A DNA stretch of 64,000 bases from Acidimicrobiales bacterium (GCA_027452005.1 DAIDHF010000002.1:661-64660), one strand, 5' to 3'. Shown: positions 28,052-38,325, numbered from the stretch's first letter. The notes: generated by a model not told the origin, from the sequence alone. Program-made: numbers and translations.

Positions 28052-28642
28052 CTAAGTAATCGCCAGGTCGCCGAGATGTGAGACGTCGTTGAACCCGACC
28101 AGGCTGTATTGGTTGCCAGTAGCCGCCAAGGTCGTGGCTGAACTTAGAGAAAGTCTCATATGCCAGGAGATTCTCATGTCCACCCCAAGTGCAACCGCAA
28201 CGGCAGCCTTGATCGGGGTTACGTGACTAACCACGATTACGGTCTCACTCGCGGCCAGCTCCAACAGGTCATCGAGGGCTTGGGTAACTCTTCTTTGGAC
28301 CTCTTGGAGAGACTCCCCTGAGGGTGGTTGGAAATCGGGGTCACTCATCCATTTCTCAAGGTCCAAAGGTGGTATATCAGACAATTTCTTACCCTCGTAA
28401 GAGCCGTAGTTTATCTCGGTCCAACGACTATCTGTTGAGATTGCTCGGTTTGGAAACGCGAACGTGGCACTCTGGTAGGCCCTTGAAAGGGGACTGGAAA
28501 TAATCGTGTGGGCGTCCTTGTCAAGGGAACCACACAATTTCGCCTGACTGGCTCCCAGATCACTTAGTGATGGATTAGTAATCCCGAGCAGCCGACCACC
28601 TCGGTTTAGAGTCGACTGACCGTGTCTCAATAGAACTAGCAC
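28052..28642 (-). CDS. Histidine phosphatase (phosphoglycerate-mutase-like) family protein
   Basis: 196-aa ORF with the catalytic LVLLRHGQSTLN (RHG) motif and a later VVSHVTPIKA. Confidence 0.8.
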   Translation of the reverse strand: MLVLLRHGQSTLNRGGRLLGITNPSLSDLGASQAKLCGSLDKDAHTIISSPLSRAYQSATFAFPNRAISTDSRWTEINYGSYEGKKLSDIPPLDLEKWMSDPDFQPPSGESLQEVQRRVTQALDDLLELAASETVIVVSHVTPIKAAVAVALGVDMRISWHMRLSLSSATTLAATGNQYSLVGFNDVSHLGDLAIT

Positions 28643-28800
28643 TCTTGAAGTAGACTACCTTGGTGAGAGGGTAAGAGTGAGTATTTGGCTAAAGACTTTA
28701 CCCGTTAGTAGTGGCCTCTTAATTTCGGGAATACTCCATTGAGCGCTTTGCGTCGTCGGCTCATTAGAGATCTACCTTAGTGGGCTCTCCAGCTACCTTA

Positions 28801-30510
28801 TTAGGTTGCCGACCCATAAAAGCCTGCGTCGCCGTAGTTGAAGACCCCTCCGTCAGCTGCGATCTCCCAGTAGCCCTGGCCGTCGGGAGTGGCTGCCATT
28901 CCAACAGCAGGCGCTCCAAGATTCAGTCCCGTGCCCGAACCAAAGAACCCCGCATCGCCGTAGTTGAAGACCCCTCCATCAGCTGCAACCTCCCAGTAGC
29001 CCTGGCCGTCGGGGGTGGCTGCCATGGAGACTATTGGAGCATTGAGGGGCTTGTCCCCCATTGAACCGTAGAAGGTTGCATTGCCAAAGCTAAAGATCCC
29101 TCCATCGGCTGCTACTTCCCAGTAACCCTGGCCGTCGGGAGTGGCTGCCATGGAAACTATTGGAGCATTGAGGGGCTCATTGGATGCGCTTCCAAGAGAC
29201 GCTGCACTCCCAAAATCAAAAATACCCCCGTTGGATGATGCCAGCCAGTACCCAGATCCTCCCGAAGATGGGGCCATTGCGACGAATTTCTTATCTGTCA
29301 TTATCAGCGGGAGCACTAGTGTGGATGTAGAGGTAGGGGACACTTGTAGATTTGTGTATCCAACAGCCACGCAATAGATTCCCTGAGGACAAGAAATGCC
29401 AAGAGTATAGTAACCAATTCCGTGCTGAAGTATGCCAGCGTCTGTAATTATTCCTAAATTGTTTCCAATCGGTTCTTGGGGATTGGGGATTTGTGACCAT
29501 TGTGAACCATTATACGATTCAATTACAGAATTGTATTGAGGTCCAGGCGGAGGGGAACTAGTAACACCGATCGCCTCGCAGTACGTTATTGTTGAGCAAT
29601 CGAGTCCTAGAACCTGCACGTCTGACCCATTGTTAGAAAGATTGGAAATTGTTGACCAAGAAACTCCATCGTACTTTTCAGAAAAGAATGTCGAGTCAAG
29701 ATAACTTACTCCCGCGTCACCGACTCCGATGCAATACGTTGGACTTATACATGATACATTGGTTAGAGATGCCCAAGCTTCTCCCTGGGGAATATCCGGT
29801 GATACTATAGTCTTCCAGGTTGTGCCATCGTAAACTGATGCAACCTGTCTATTCTGCATGTTGGAATAACCCACATCATCAATTGCCATGCAATATTCTG
29901 CTGATGCGCAAGATACGTCACTAACACTAGGGATACTGCTAAGGGTCATTTCTGACCAGGACGTTCCGCTGTAGATTGCTACGGTGCCACTGCTTCCTCC
30001 GGCCCCGATACAGAAGCTCGAAGACGTACATGAAACTTCAGTCAATTCAGGAATCACTTTACCGTTTGCGGTAGACACCACTGCCCAAGTCGATCCATTG
30101 AAGGATTCTGAAAAAAGAGTTGACTCTGATCCATGGGCCCCAACCGCCATACAAAAGTCTATCGAAGAACAAGAAATTCCAAACAGGGTGGCATCTTGGG
30201 ACTCTATGCCGGAAAGCGTATCTGACCATTGTGAACCGTTATATTCTTCAATTAGCGGTGAAACGGTTTGACTATTTTGAATTTCTCCACCTCCAACGGC
30301 AACACAGAACACGATCGTAGGACATGAAACACTAGCCAGAGTACCCGTCGGGTCAAAAGGAGAAGGCGTAAATTGCCAACTGCCATCAGCAAAGGCCGGA
30401 CTTACTAATTGAAGCGATCCCAAAATAGTAAGAGCCATGGCGGATAGAACTAATGCACGTACTCGGACGAACAATTCCAAGCAAGAGTGCTCATCCTTAG
30501 AACTCAACAT
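28801..30510 (-). CDS. Secreted protein built from two different beta-propeller-type repeat families
   Basis: 569-aa ORF with a signal peptide (LVLSAMALTILGSLQLVSPAFA). Seven units of about 45 aa follow, each with SC-x5-C-x-A/G-V/I-G plus a Trp (SCPTIVFCVAVGG, SCSSIDFCMAVGA, SCTSSSFCIGAGG, SCASAEYCMAID, SCISPTYCIGVGD, DCSTITYCEAIG, SCPQGIYCVAVGY). Four units of about 41 aa then read TPDGQGYWEVAADGG(I/V)F.(F/Y)G.A.F(Y/F)GS. Confidence 0.75.
   Translation of the reverse strand: MLSSKDEHSCLELFVRVRALVLSAMALTILGSLQLVSPAFADGSWQFTPSPFDPTGTLASVSCPTIVFCVAVGGGEIQNSQTVSPLIEEYNGSQWSDTLSGIESQDATLFGISCSSIDFCMAVGAHGSESTLFSESFNGSTWAVVSTANGKVIPELTEVSCTSSSFCIGAGGSSGTVAIYSGTSWSEMTLSSIPSVSDVSCASAEYCMAIDDVGYSNMQNRQVASVYDGTTWKTIVSPDIPQGEAWASLTNVSCISPTYCIGVGDAGVSYLDSTFFSEKYDGVSWSTISNLSNNGSDVQVLGLDCSTITYCEAIGVTSSPPPGPQYNSVIESYNGSQWSQIPNPQEPIGNNLGIITDAGILQHGIGYYTLGISCPQGIYCVAVGYTNLQVSPTSTSTLVLPLIMTDKKFVAMAPSSGGSGYWLASSNGGIFDFGSAASLGSASNEPLNAPIVSMAATPDGQGYWEVAADGGIFSFGNATFYGSMGDKPLNAPIVSMAATPDGQGYWEVAADGGVFNYGDAGFFGSGTGLNLGAPAVGMAATPDGQGYWEIAADGGVFNYGDAGFYGSAT
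28804..29292. repeat. Tandem ~123-126-bp coding repeats (4 units) in the 3' part of the secreted-protein gene
   Basis: Long near-identical DNA blocks are present. For example, CTATTGGAGCATTGAGGGG occurs at 29031 and 29157 (126-bp period), and CCAGTAGCCCTGGCCGTCGGG occurs at 28868 and 28994. Confidence 0.85.
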
Positions 30511-30526
30511 GTTGAATAACTTTCAT

Positions 30527-30673
30527 TCAAACATCACCTACAGCTGACCCGTAAAACACCGCATCTCCATTGAGGGGCTTGTCCCCCATTGAACCGTAGA
30601 AGGTTGCATTGCCAAAGCTAAAGACCCCTCCATCGGCTGCGACCTCCCAATAGCCACCATTGTCAGCTGTCAC
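30527..30673 (-). pseudogene. Orphan 3' relic of a paralogous repeat protein (one GYW..DGG unit plus C-terminus)
   Basis: My translation gives VTADNGGYWEVAADGGVFSFGNATFYGSMGDKPLNGDAVFYGSAVGDV followed by a stop. DNA 30569-30656 matches 29041-29128 at about 82/88, with the first 55 nt identical. There is no gene body upstream; the relic abuts the stop of the 30670-31398 gene. Confidence 0.8.
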
Positions 30674-31398
30674 ACACCTGGCCTAGAGTATATTGCGATT
30701 CGCCCACATTGCTCACAAAAGCGCAAATTAGAACTATCTGAATGCGATATTTGTTCCAGCTCACTCACTGGAATGGACAGGTGACACCCCGTGCACTTTC
30801 CGTCAATCACTCGAGACACGGCCACGCCACCTAGCTTGGCTCTAAGTTTTTCATATCTGGTCAGAAGACCGGGGGAGATTTCAGAAGCTAACCTGGTGCG
30901 TTCTGGAGTCTCCTTTTCGATTTCTTGCTCGATCTCGCTTAACTTTACTTTAGCTTGCTCGGTCAGCTTGGCAAGTTTGTCTTGAAGTGACTCACCTTGG
31001 TCCGACAAGACAGCAAGTTCGTGCTCGCCCCGGTCGATCTCGTCCATGTATCTCAAGAGGTCATCTTCAAGTGATGATCGGGATTGAATGAGATTTTCGA
31101 TCTCACTTGACACGGCCAGTTGATCTTTCAGGTTGGTAACCGCTCCGCTCTTGAGTTGACCGGTGAGTCGATCGACTCTCTGGGTAATCTTGTCGACCTC
31201 TAGCTCTAAGGCTTTCTGCCGGTTGAGAGTTTCGCTCTGACTTCCAAACAGTTCAAGTTTTCGGGTCTCTAAGGACTCAAGCTTGCCTTGAATAGCTAGA
31301 ATGTCAACCCGTTCGGGCAGACTCTCGATCTTTTGGGTCAAGGCGTCAAGGATTGAGTCTTGGTCCTGAAGCGAGACGAGTATGTCTAGTTCGGTCAC
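30670..31398 (-). CDS. Coiled-coil protein with C-terminal C4 zinc ribbon (DUF164-like)
   Basis: 242-aa ORF with a long heptad-rich region. The C-terminus reads CTGCHLSIPVSELEQI...RFCEQCGRI. Confidence 0.7.
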   Translation of the reverse strand: MTELDILVSLQDQDSILDALTQKIESLPERVDILAIQGKLESLETRKLELFGSQSETLNRQKALELEVDKITQRVDRLTGQLKSGAVTNLKDQLAVSSEIENLIQSRSSLEDDLLRYMDEIDRGEHELAVLSDQGESLQDKLAKLTEQAKVKLSEIEQEIEKETPERTRLASEISPGLLTRYEKLRAKLGGVAVSRVIDGKCTGCHLSIPVSELEQISHSDSSNLRFCEQCGRIAIYSRPGV

Positions 31399-31419
31399 AC
31401 CCTGTAACTTACCCGACCA

Positions 31420-33753
31420 TCACGGGATTGTCGACGTAGTAGTTGGAGGGATTGTGAGGGTTGATGACGTGACCGGGAACGTCGTGGTAGGACCGCTAGT
31501 AGTCGTGGACCGAATCGTCGTAGGCGTGGATGAGGTTGACGTAGACGAGGGAGTAGATGATGAAGTCGTTGACGACGAGGTAGACGACGTGGAAGATGTA
31601 GACGAAGTCGGGGGAGCTGACAGTCCGGTCACCAGACAGCTAGTCGGTATAGCATTCGAAGACGACTGGGATGGGGGTGATCCGTCTGCTGCCGTTGTAG
31701 GTGTCGCCCCGTAGGTACCAGAAGTAAAGGAACCGCAATCGATGTACTGCCCGCCAGCTGGAATGGATCCAGGCGGTGGGGCCTTGAATTGGAGTACGGG
31801 CTGGCCTTGTAATGCGCTAGCCATAAATCTCTGCCAGATCTCTGCCGGGTAAGTTCCCCCGTAGACGGTAATGCCACCTACGTCGTACATGGATACCTCA
31901 CCGAGTGGATCTCCCATCCACACGGCGGTAACCAACTGGGGGGTGTATCCCAAAAACCAGCCATCTCGAAACTGGTCAGTAGTTCCAGTCTTGCCAGCCG
32001 CAGGACGGTTTGGAAGTGCTGCTGCGGTTCCGGTTCCTTGCTCAATTACCTGCTCAAGCATCTGGGTCTCTATTTCAGCGTTCGTGAGTGTAAGAACTCG
32101 CTTGCCCGGGTTGTTGGTGTTGTTTACCAAGACCTGGTTGCCCCCTGTAGAGGGCGCTACAACCTTGGTGACGAAAACGGGCGTGTGGTAAACGCCACCG
32201 TCATCAATGGTTGCGTAGACACTAGCCATTTCAAGTGGGGTGGCGTCTTCAGAACCAATAGCCATAGACGGCACCGCCAGTAGGGGATTGGATGGACTAC
32301 CGGGAAGCTTCGGGTTGATGCCTAGGGGATCGTTCACTCCCATCTGTTCGCCCAGAGAGGCGAGTCTCTGGTCCCCTGCTGCCAGGCCAATCTTGATAAA
32401 GGCGCAGTTAATAGAGTCGGTCAATGCGAGCTGAACTGTTACAATTCCGTCCCCAGGCTCAGCGTTGTTTGCGACGTAGGGCTTTTGTCCGCCTGGCATA
32501 TTGAAGGTGCACGGAGAGGTACCATCTACGGTGTCATTTGGACCGATCCCTACTTCTAGCGCGGCCGCCATGTCAATACCCTTGAACGATGACCCGGGTT
32601 GGCGCCCGAGTCCCCCATACCCGGTTGCGACGTCGTATCCCAGGTTAGACGACGGGTTACCGGGAACCAGTGCGTCCACGTATCCGTTGGCCGGGTTCAT
32701 GGCGATCAGGGCTGCCGTAAACTTGCCCCCGGTGTTGGGCAAGATCTCAGCAACCGCCTGGTCGGCCTTTGCCTGGAGAGTTGGGTCATAGGAGGTATAA
32801 ATCCGAAGGCCACCCTTGAAGAGTTCGTGGTATCTTGTCGCCGCGCTAGAACCAAGAGCACTGTCCTTTAGGAGGTACTGGACGACCTCGGTTACAAACG
32901 GAGAATAGTGCTGCTGAGATGGTGGTGACACGGTGGTAGGTAGTGGAATGGACTTGAGAAAGGCCCCTTGGGACTTGGAAATCTGGGGACTAAGATTTGT
33001 GTCGGAAACCATCTGATCTATAACCGTGTTGCGCCTAAAAAGAGCATTCTTGGGATATGATATTGGGTCGTAGAGCGATGGATTTCTAATCATCCCGGCC
33101 AGGAGCGCTGCTTGAGCTCCATTTAGATTCGTCACCGTGGTCCCAAAAAACACGTGGGCGGCGGCCTGGATTCCATAGGCCCCGTAACCAAAGTAGACCG
33201 TGTTGAGATACTCCAGAAGAATCTTATTTCGTCCCCACTTTTTATATAGGCGATATGAATCTATTAATTCTGTTATTTTTCTCGTAAAAGTACGCTTGGG
33301 CGTTAAGATCTCGTTCTTGACAACTTGCTGGGTTATGTCTGAGCCACCCTGAACAATTCTGTGGTGGATCAGGTCCTGTTCGGCAGCCCTGAAAATTGAT
33401 CTGTAATCGATTGCTCCGTGCTCCCAAAAAGTGTGATCTTCGGCCGACAAGATTGCCTTGATAACAATTGGAGGCACATCGGACAGACTGGATACCGGCT
33501 GAGTATAGTCATTGTTAGACAGGGTTGCGATTATGTCACTGTTCCTACATTGGCCAGGACCGGGGTTGGGGTTACAGTCGTCGTACACGTACGAGGGTTG
33601 ATTGATCGGGTGGATATCTAAGGGGTTGAGTTGGATCTCCGAGCCGGCTGTCTTGATTGCAAAGGCCCCGGCGGGTAGCAGGATAGCTAAAACAACAGCG
33701 GCAACTATCGCCGAGGTTCCGATGGTTCTTACAAACCGGACGATTGTTCGCAT
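31420..33753 (-). CDS. Class A penicillin-binding protein (transglycosylase plus transpeptidase) with Ser/Thr/Pro-rich C-terminal tail
   Basis: 777-aa ORF with an N-terminal TM helix. GT51 motifs are SAEDHTFWEHGAIDY and RKITELIDSYRLYKKWGRNKILLEYLN. Transpeptidase motifs are GSSFKG and KTGTT. The last about 70 aa are almost entirely S/T/P. Confidence 0.9.
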   Translation of the reverse strand: MRTIVRFVRTIGTSAIVAAVVLAILLPAGAFAIKTAGSEIQLNPLDIHPINQPSYVYDDCNPNPGPGQCRNSDIIATLSNNDYTQPVSSLSDVPPIVIKAILSAEDHTFWEHGAIDYRSIFRAAEQDLIHHRIVQGGSDITQQVVKNEILTPKRTFTRKITELIDSYRLYKKWGRNKILLEYLNTVYFGYGAYGIQAAAHVFFGTTVTNLNGAQAALLAGMIRNPSLYDPISYPKNALFRRNTVIDQMVSDTNLSPQISKSQGAFLKSIPLPTTVSPPSQQHYSPFVTEVVQYLLKDSALGSSAATRYHELFKGGLRIYTSYDPTLQAKADQAVAEILPNTGGKFTAALIAMNPANGYVDALVPGNPSSNLGYDVATGYGGLGRQPGSSFKGIDMAAALEVGIGPNDTVDGTSPCTFNMPGGQKPYVANNAEPGDGIVTVQLALTDSINCAFIKIGLAAGDQRLASLGEQMGVNDPLGINPKLPGSPSNPLLAVPSMAIGSEDATPLEMASVYATIDDGGVYHTPVFVTKVVAPSTGGNQVLVNNTNNPGKRVLTLTNAEIETQMLEQVIEQGTGTAAALPNRPAAGKTGTTDQFRDGWFLGYTPQLVTAVWMGDPLGEVSMYDVGGITVYGGTYPAEIWQRFMASALQGQPVLQFKAPPPGSIPAGGQYIDCGSFTSGTYGATPTTAADGSPPSQSSSNAIPTSCLVTGLSAPPTSSTSSTSSTSSSTTSSSTPSSTSTSSTPTTIRSTTTSGPTTTFPVTSSTLTIPPTTTSTIP

Positions 33754-33822
33754 CGGACCATTCTATTCTAGGATTTCAGGAGAACTAATCACACCACCAG
33801 AAAGTGTACCCAGCCAGACAAG

Positions 33823-35058
33823 ATGGTTTCAGCAAAAGACCTCATTGAAACACCTGACGACCTGCCGATTTTCGGAACCTTCTCCGAGGATTTTAGACCG
33901 GTAGCCGAGGCATTCGTGCGAAACTTCGTAGAGTTAGGTGACTTTGGGGCCTCGGTCTGCGTGTATTACCAGGGCAACCCCGTGGTCGACTTGACGGGTG
34001 GGTGGAGTTCCAAGAACCGGCAAGAGCCCTACGACCAAGACAGACTCCAGATGGTGTTCTCATCTACCAAGGGGGCTGTGACGGTATGTGCACTCCAACT
34101 TATTGAGAACGGACTCCTCGATCCAGATGCCCGAGTTGTTGAATACTGGCCGACCTTCGCAAAGGGGAATCCAAAAAAGGCCCAAACGACCGTGAGAGAC
34201 GTATTCTCCCACCGGGCAGGGCTACCGGTTATAGACGCCACGTTGACCCTGGAAGAGATACTTAGCTGGGACCCGGTAATATTAGCCCTAGAGCACCAAG
34301 ACCCGATCTGGGATCCGGGAAGCCGACACGGCTATCACGCCCTGACCTTTGGGTGGTTAGCCGGAGAACTCGTGGCTCGGATAACCGGGACGTCGATTGG
34401 GGAATACTTTTCCAAACACGTGGCTGGTCCGCTCGGCCTAGAGTTCTGGATCGGGCTACCAGCCGACTATGAGGACCGGGTGTCACCGCTTCGAATCGCC
34501 CCCCTGTCTCAGATGGGATCCATTGATCACCTAGATCCAGCACTAATCGAGTTGGCCTCAAAGTTTCTGACGCCAGACTCACTTATGGTTCGGGCACTCA
34601 CTCTGAATGGTTCCTTTGGCCAGTTCATGGGTGGAAAGGGGCCGTTCAACTCGCCCGAGGTCCACCAGGCTCAGATCCCGGCGGCCAACGGGATTACAAA
34701 TGCCAGGTCCCTGGCCAAGATGTATGGGGCGGTGGCCGCAAGGGTCGACGGGGTATCGCTGGTAGGTCCAGCGACTCTCAAGGACGGGCTGGTTGAACTC
34801 TCGTGTGGACCTGACGCAGTATTGCCATCCCAGAGCCGATTCGGATTTGGTTTCATGTTGGCCGACGACGAGTTTGTGCCCATGGTTGGGGCAAACTCAT
34901 TTGGTCACTCAGGGGCTGGGGGATCACTAGGGTTTGGCGACGCAACTCATGAGATTGGATTTGGATATGTCATGAACCAGATGCGCTTGAATATAACCGC
35001 CGATGAGCGTCAGAGGAACCTGATTGACGCCCTCAGGTCATCTTTGGAGGTCAACTAG
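33823..35058 (+). CDS. Serine hydrolase, class C beta-lactamase/esterase family
   Basis: 411-aa ORF with the SxxK nucleophile motif FSSTKG and later YHALTFGWL and HSGAGGSLGF. Confidence 0.8.
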   Translation: MVSAKDLIETPDDLPIFGTFSEDFRPVAEAFVRNFVELGDFGASVCVYYQGNPVVDLTGGWSSKNRQEPYDQDRLQMVFSSTKGAVTVCALQLIENGLLDPDARVVEYWPTFAKGNPKKAQTTVRDVFSHRAGLPVIDATLTLEEILSWDPVILALEHQDPIWDPGSRHGYHALTFGWLAGELVARITGTSIGEYFSKHVAGPLGLEFWIGLPADYEDRVSPLRIAPLSQMGSIDHLDPALIELASKFLTPDSLMVRALTLNGSFGQFMGGKGPFNSPEVHQAQIPAANGITNARSLAKMYGAVAARVDGVSLVGPATLKDGLVELSCGPDAVLPSQSRFGFGFMLADDEFVPMVGANSFGHSGAGGSLGFGDATHEIGFGYVMNQMRLNITADERQRNLIDALRSSLEVN

Positions 35059-35708
35059 TGGACCCCACGGCCACCAATAACAAGCCAAAACTACGTGGGG
35101 TTCTCCACATGATTGCCTTTCCGGTGTCACTGGTGACGGGACTTGTCTTGGTGGTGGCTTCCAAAGGAGACACGGCCAAGATATCGTGTGCGATCTACTC
35201 GGTGGCCATCTCGGCTCTGTTTGGGGTGAGTGCCCTCTACCATCGAGGCCACTGGAGGAGTGGACCAAGTCGCCTGCTCCAGAGAATTGACCACGCAGAT
35301 ATCTACCTGGCAATTGCCGGTAGCTACACCCCACTATGCCTACTAGCCCTACACGGGGTGACCTCACGAGTTGTCCTGGCTGTAGTGTGGTCTGGGGCCG
35401 CCTTCGGGGTGATCTTGTCGATGTTCTGGCCCAAGGCACCCAGGGTGGTGCTAGTACCTACTTACCTAGTAGTTGGCTGGACCGCAGCAGTCGTGATTCC
35501 CGAGATGGTAAAAGGGGGAGGAGTCGCTCTGACAGTTCTTGTCCTGGTTGGCGGTCTCTTCTACACAGCTGGCGGGGTTATATACGCACTCAAGAGACCA
35601 AACCCCTCGCCCAGAGTGTTCGGCTTCCATGAAGTCTTCCACTCGTGCACGATATTTGGCTGGATTACCCAGTATATCGCTATCTCGCTAATTGCATATC
35701 GGTTCTAG
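35058..35708 (+). CDS. Hemolysin III / PAQR-family membrane protein
   Basis: 216-aa ORF with 7 TM helices and the motifs SALYHRGHW, RIDHADIYLAIAGSYTP and HEVFHSCT. Its GTG start overlaps the upstream stop (TAGTG). Confidence 0.8.
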   Translation: MDPTATNNKPKLRGVLHMIAFPVSLVTGLVLVVASKGDTAKISCAIYSVAISALFGVSALYHRGHWRSGPSRLLQRIDHADIYLAIAGSYTPLCLLALHGVTSRVVLAVVWSGAAFGVILSMFWPKAPRVVLVPTYLVVGWTAAVVIPEMVKGGGVALTVLVLVGGLFYTAGGVIYALKRPNPSPRVFGFHEVFHSCTIFGWITQYIAISLIAYRF

Positions 35709-35735
35709 ATCAACTAGCTCGTTGCAACCCAATTT

Positions 35736-36488
35736 CTAGTCCGTACAATACGGCCAGTTTTTCTCGCGACTCGACAGGGGAGGCTTTCCTTGGCGTTCAA
35801 GCCACTTGGAAAAATCCTCGGCCCATTGTCTGTGCCATTCAACCTGTCCCGTGTGGAGTTGATCGAGGCTGAGCGTAGACAACTCAGGAAAGCGCTCGAT
35901 CTGGCGCTCTAGGATTTGAAGCGACGCCTGGGCGTCACCTAGGGCGTTGTGGGCGTCAATTAGGTCTACCCCGTAGTGGTCGCACAGGGTTCCGAGTTTT
36001 CGGTTCCCCTTGCGGTATCGGTCGAAATGTCGATCTAAGGTTAACACGTCAATCACTCTGACTGGGGTGTTCAGGAGGCTCTTGCCACCTACCTCGTGAA
36101 GTTGGGACTGAACAATTGTCAGGTCGTAGCTCACGTTCATGCCTACAACTGGAATCCCGACCTCGCTTGCCTTAGAGATGATCCCAAATATCTTGTTCAA
36201 GGCTCCGGCCAATTCAACACCGTTGGCCTCAACCATGGCGTCTGAGATCGAGTGAATTGCAAAAGCCCCAGCTGGAATCGGCCGACCGGGATTTATTAGA
36301 AAGTATTCTTCGCAGATGGTCTGGCCCGAAGATCTCAAGACTAAGGCCACCGAGACCGGGGCATCTTCAAGTGGGTTCACCCCGGTGGTTTCCAGATCAA
36401 AACCTAGAAACGGACCGTCAGACCACCCTTGAGAGGGCCGTACAAAACCCTCCATTTGGCTTTCGAGATCAGAATTTATCAGGGTCAC
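35736..36488 (-). CDS. DEDDh 3'-5' exonuclease (DnaQ/epsilon-like)
   Basis: 250-aa ORF with Exo I FLGFDLETTG, Exo II MNVSYDLTIV and Exo III AHNALGDAQAS. Confidence 0.8.
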   Translation of the reverse strand: MTLINSDLESQMEGFVRPSQGWSDGPFLGFDLETTGVNPLEDAPVSVALVLRSSGQTICEEYFLINPGRPIPAGAFAIHSISDAMVEANGVELAGALNKIFGIISKASEVGIPVVGMNVSYDLTIVQSQLHEVGGKSLLNTPVRVIDVLTLDRHFDRYRKGNRKLGTLCDHYGVDLIDAHNALGDAQASLQILERQIERFPELSTLSLDQLHTGQVEWHRQWAEDFSKWLERQGKPPLSSREKNWPYCTD

Positions 36489-36651
36489 GTTAGAGGTAGC
36501 CTATAGCCTGACTATGACACGTTGTGGAGATTTCCTCGCAATGCCCAAAACTGCCAGGTCAGCCTGGGTTGGATTGGCATATCTGGGTCGACACACCCCG
36601 GTCTTTAGACCGAAGTTTTCTTGCTTGCTGGTGATCAAATAGCCTGGTCAT

Positions 36652-37206
36652 GTGGTAAATGAATCACGAGATATCGAGGTTGTTGATCTGGGAACCAGAC
36701 CGGAACTCACTAGGCAAGTTCGTGACCTTATCTCCGAGTTCTTGCTACTTGGGGACTCCTGGGTGGTGCTGCTAGGCCTCACCCAAGACGGTGCCCTTCC
36801 GGACTATTTGGTGGCTGAACTAGACGCACTTCCGGGTCTAACAAGTGGGACAACCGGCATGGTTGCAGTAGCCACCATCAAAAACCAGGCCTGTGGGACT
36901 GGGCAGATTCGCCCCTTTCGGGAGTCTCAACACGATGAGAAGGCCGTCGAGATTCCACCGGGGCTTTGTGAGCTAAAGCGGATGTACGTACCGTCTACTT
37001 ATCAGCGCCGGGGAGTTGGTAAGTTGATAGTACAGTTTCTCACTGAAAAGGCACTGGATTTAGGATTTCGTGAAATGTACTTGGACGTAACTTCAAATAG
37101 GCAGGGATCAATAGAGTTTTATGAGTCGCTCGGTTTTCAACCGTGTAGGGCCCGCCACGACTACGGCCACTCGGTAGTATCCATGTCTAAGGTTCTCGGA
37201 CGTTGA
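36652..37206 (+). CDS. GNAT-family N-acetyltransferase
   Basis: 184-aa ORF with the acetyl-CoA motif A, MYVPSTYQRRGVGKLIVQFL, and C-terminal FYESLGFQP. Confidence 0.75.
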   Translation: MVNESRDIEVVDLGTRPELTRQVRDLISEFLLLGDSWVVLLGLTQDGALPDYLVAELDALPGLTSGTTGMVAVATIKNQACGTGQIRPFRESQHDEKAVEIPPGLCELKRMYVPSTYQRRGVGKLIVQFLTEKALDLGFREMYLDVTSNRQGSIEFYESLGFQPCRARHDYGHSVVSMSKVLGR

Positions 37207-37399
37207 AGATAACGGTCAAGTGAACCTGGGCCTAAAGCGACCCCGCCTTGACGGAACCCCCTTGTCAAGTCTGGGAATGGCCCAGGCGGTTGTCGTGGCA
37301 ACTGTAATCGACGGGGCATTTCAGATCTGGACCCTGGCCCGGAAGATCTCGAAGATCACCGGTCGATATGTACACAAACCCTAGGTAGTCCACGGTACC

Positions 37400-38305
37400 G
37401 TGGTCAGTCGGCTTTCTCGGATTTTAGATTCTGTAGAAATTTATCCAAGTACCCGGGTGGCAATTGGTGTAATTAGCCCGGCTGGACTTGAACTGGCCGG
37501 AGATACCACAGAGACTTTTTCTTGGGCCTCGGTAACTAAGCTTGTAACCTCACTTGCCATACTATTAGCCCTTGAAGAGGCGACACTATCCCTAGACGAC
37601 CTGACCGGTCCATATAAGTCAAGCATTCGAAATCTCTTGAGCCATTCCTCAGGAATTGGTCCAAGACCATTTGCCGGGCTGGATCGTAATATTGGATTAC
37701 CTCAGCGCAGCCTCTCAGGACGATATGTTGAGGGTAAAGATCTAGAGGAGCTCCAGTGCCCGCCTGAGACTAAGCGAATCTACTCAAATCTGGGATTTGA
37801 GATTCTCGCTGGCCACCTTGAGGCTCGCTCACAGATGAGCTTTGCTGAGTATCTAATCGAGGGCGTCCTAGAGCCTTTGTCCATGATGAACTTGGCCCGT
37901 CCGGATAACTTTGGGTCCCCAGCTCACGGTGCCCGGGGGACGATTGGCGACCTCATGGTCATGGCAAGAGAACTCCTCAACCCAGAGCTACTATCGCCTG
38001 AAACCACTCTGGTCGCACGGACGGCATGCCACCCGGGGCTATCTGGGATTCTTCCGGGGTTTGGCCACATGGACGACAACAGTTGGGGGCTGGGATTTGA
38101 GATAAAGTCGACTAAGGAGCCTCACTGGACCTCCCCGGCCAACACTCTAGAGACCTTTGGTCATTTTGGTCAGTCTGGTGCCTTTGTCTGGATTGACCCG
38201 GTCAACCGGGTCGCATTCGGTTACCTCTCAGAGAGACCCTTCGATTCATGGGCCAGAGACAACTGGCACAAGATTTCCAGTGACGTATTGACCCACTTTG
38301 GTTAG
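37400..38305 (+). CDS. Serine hydrolase, beta-lactamase-family (short form)
   Basis: 301-aa ORF with the SxxK motif WASVTKLVTS and later YSNLGFEIL. Confidence 0.7.
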   Translation: MVSRLSRILDSVEIYPSTRVAIGVISPAGLELAGDTTETFSWASVTKLVTSLAILLALEEATLSLDDLTGPYKSSIRNLLSHSSGIGPRPFAGLDRNIGLPQRSLSGRYVEGKDLEELQCPPETKRIYSNLGFEILAGHLEARSQMSFAEYLIEGVLEPLSMMNLARPDNFGSPAHGARGTIGDLMVMARELLNPELLSPETTLVARTACHPGLSGILPGFGHMDDNSWGLGFEIKSTKEPHWTSPANTLETFGHFGQSGAFVWIDPVNRVAFGYLSERPFDSWARDNWHKISSDVLTHFG

Positions 38306-38325
38306 TTTGCAAGATTGACTACACC

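Noticed and set aside
31382-31714. 110-aa acidic ORF (VDDEVDDVEDVDEV...) on the plus strand
   Set aside because: It is the antisense reading of the Ser/Thr-rich tail of PBP1A and is a low-complexity mirror artefact.
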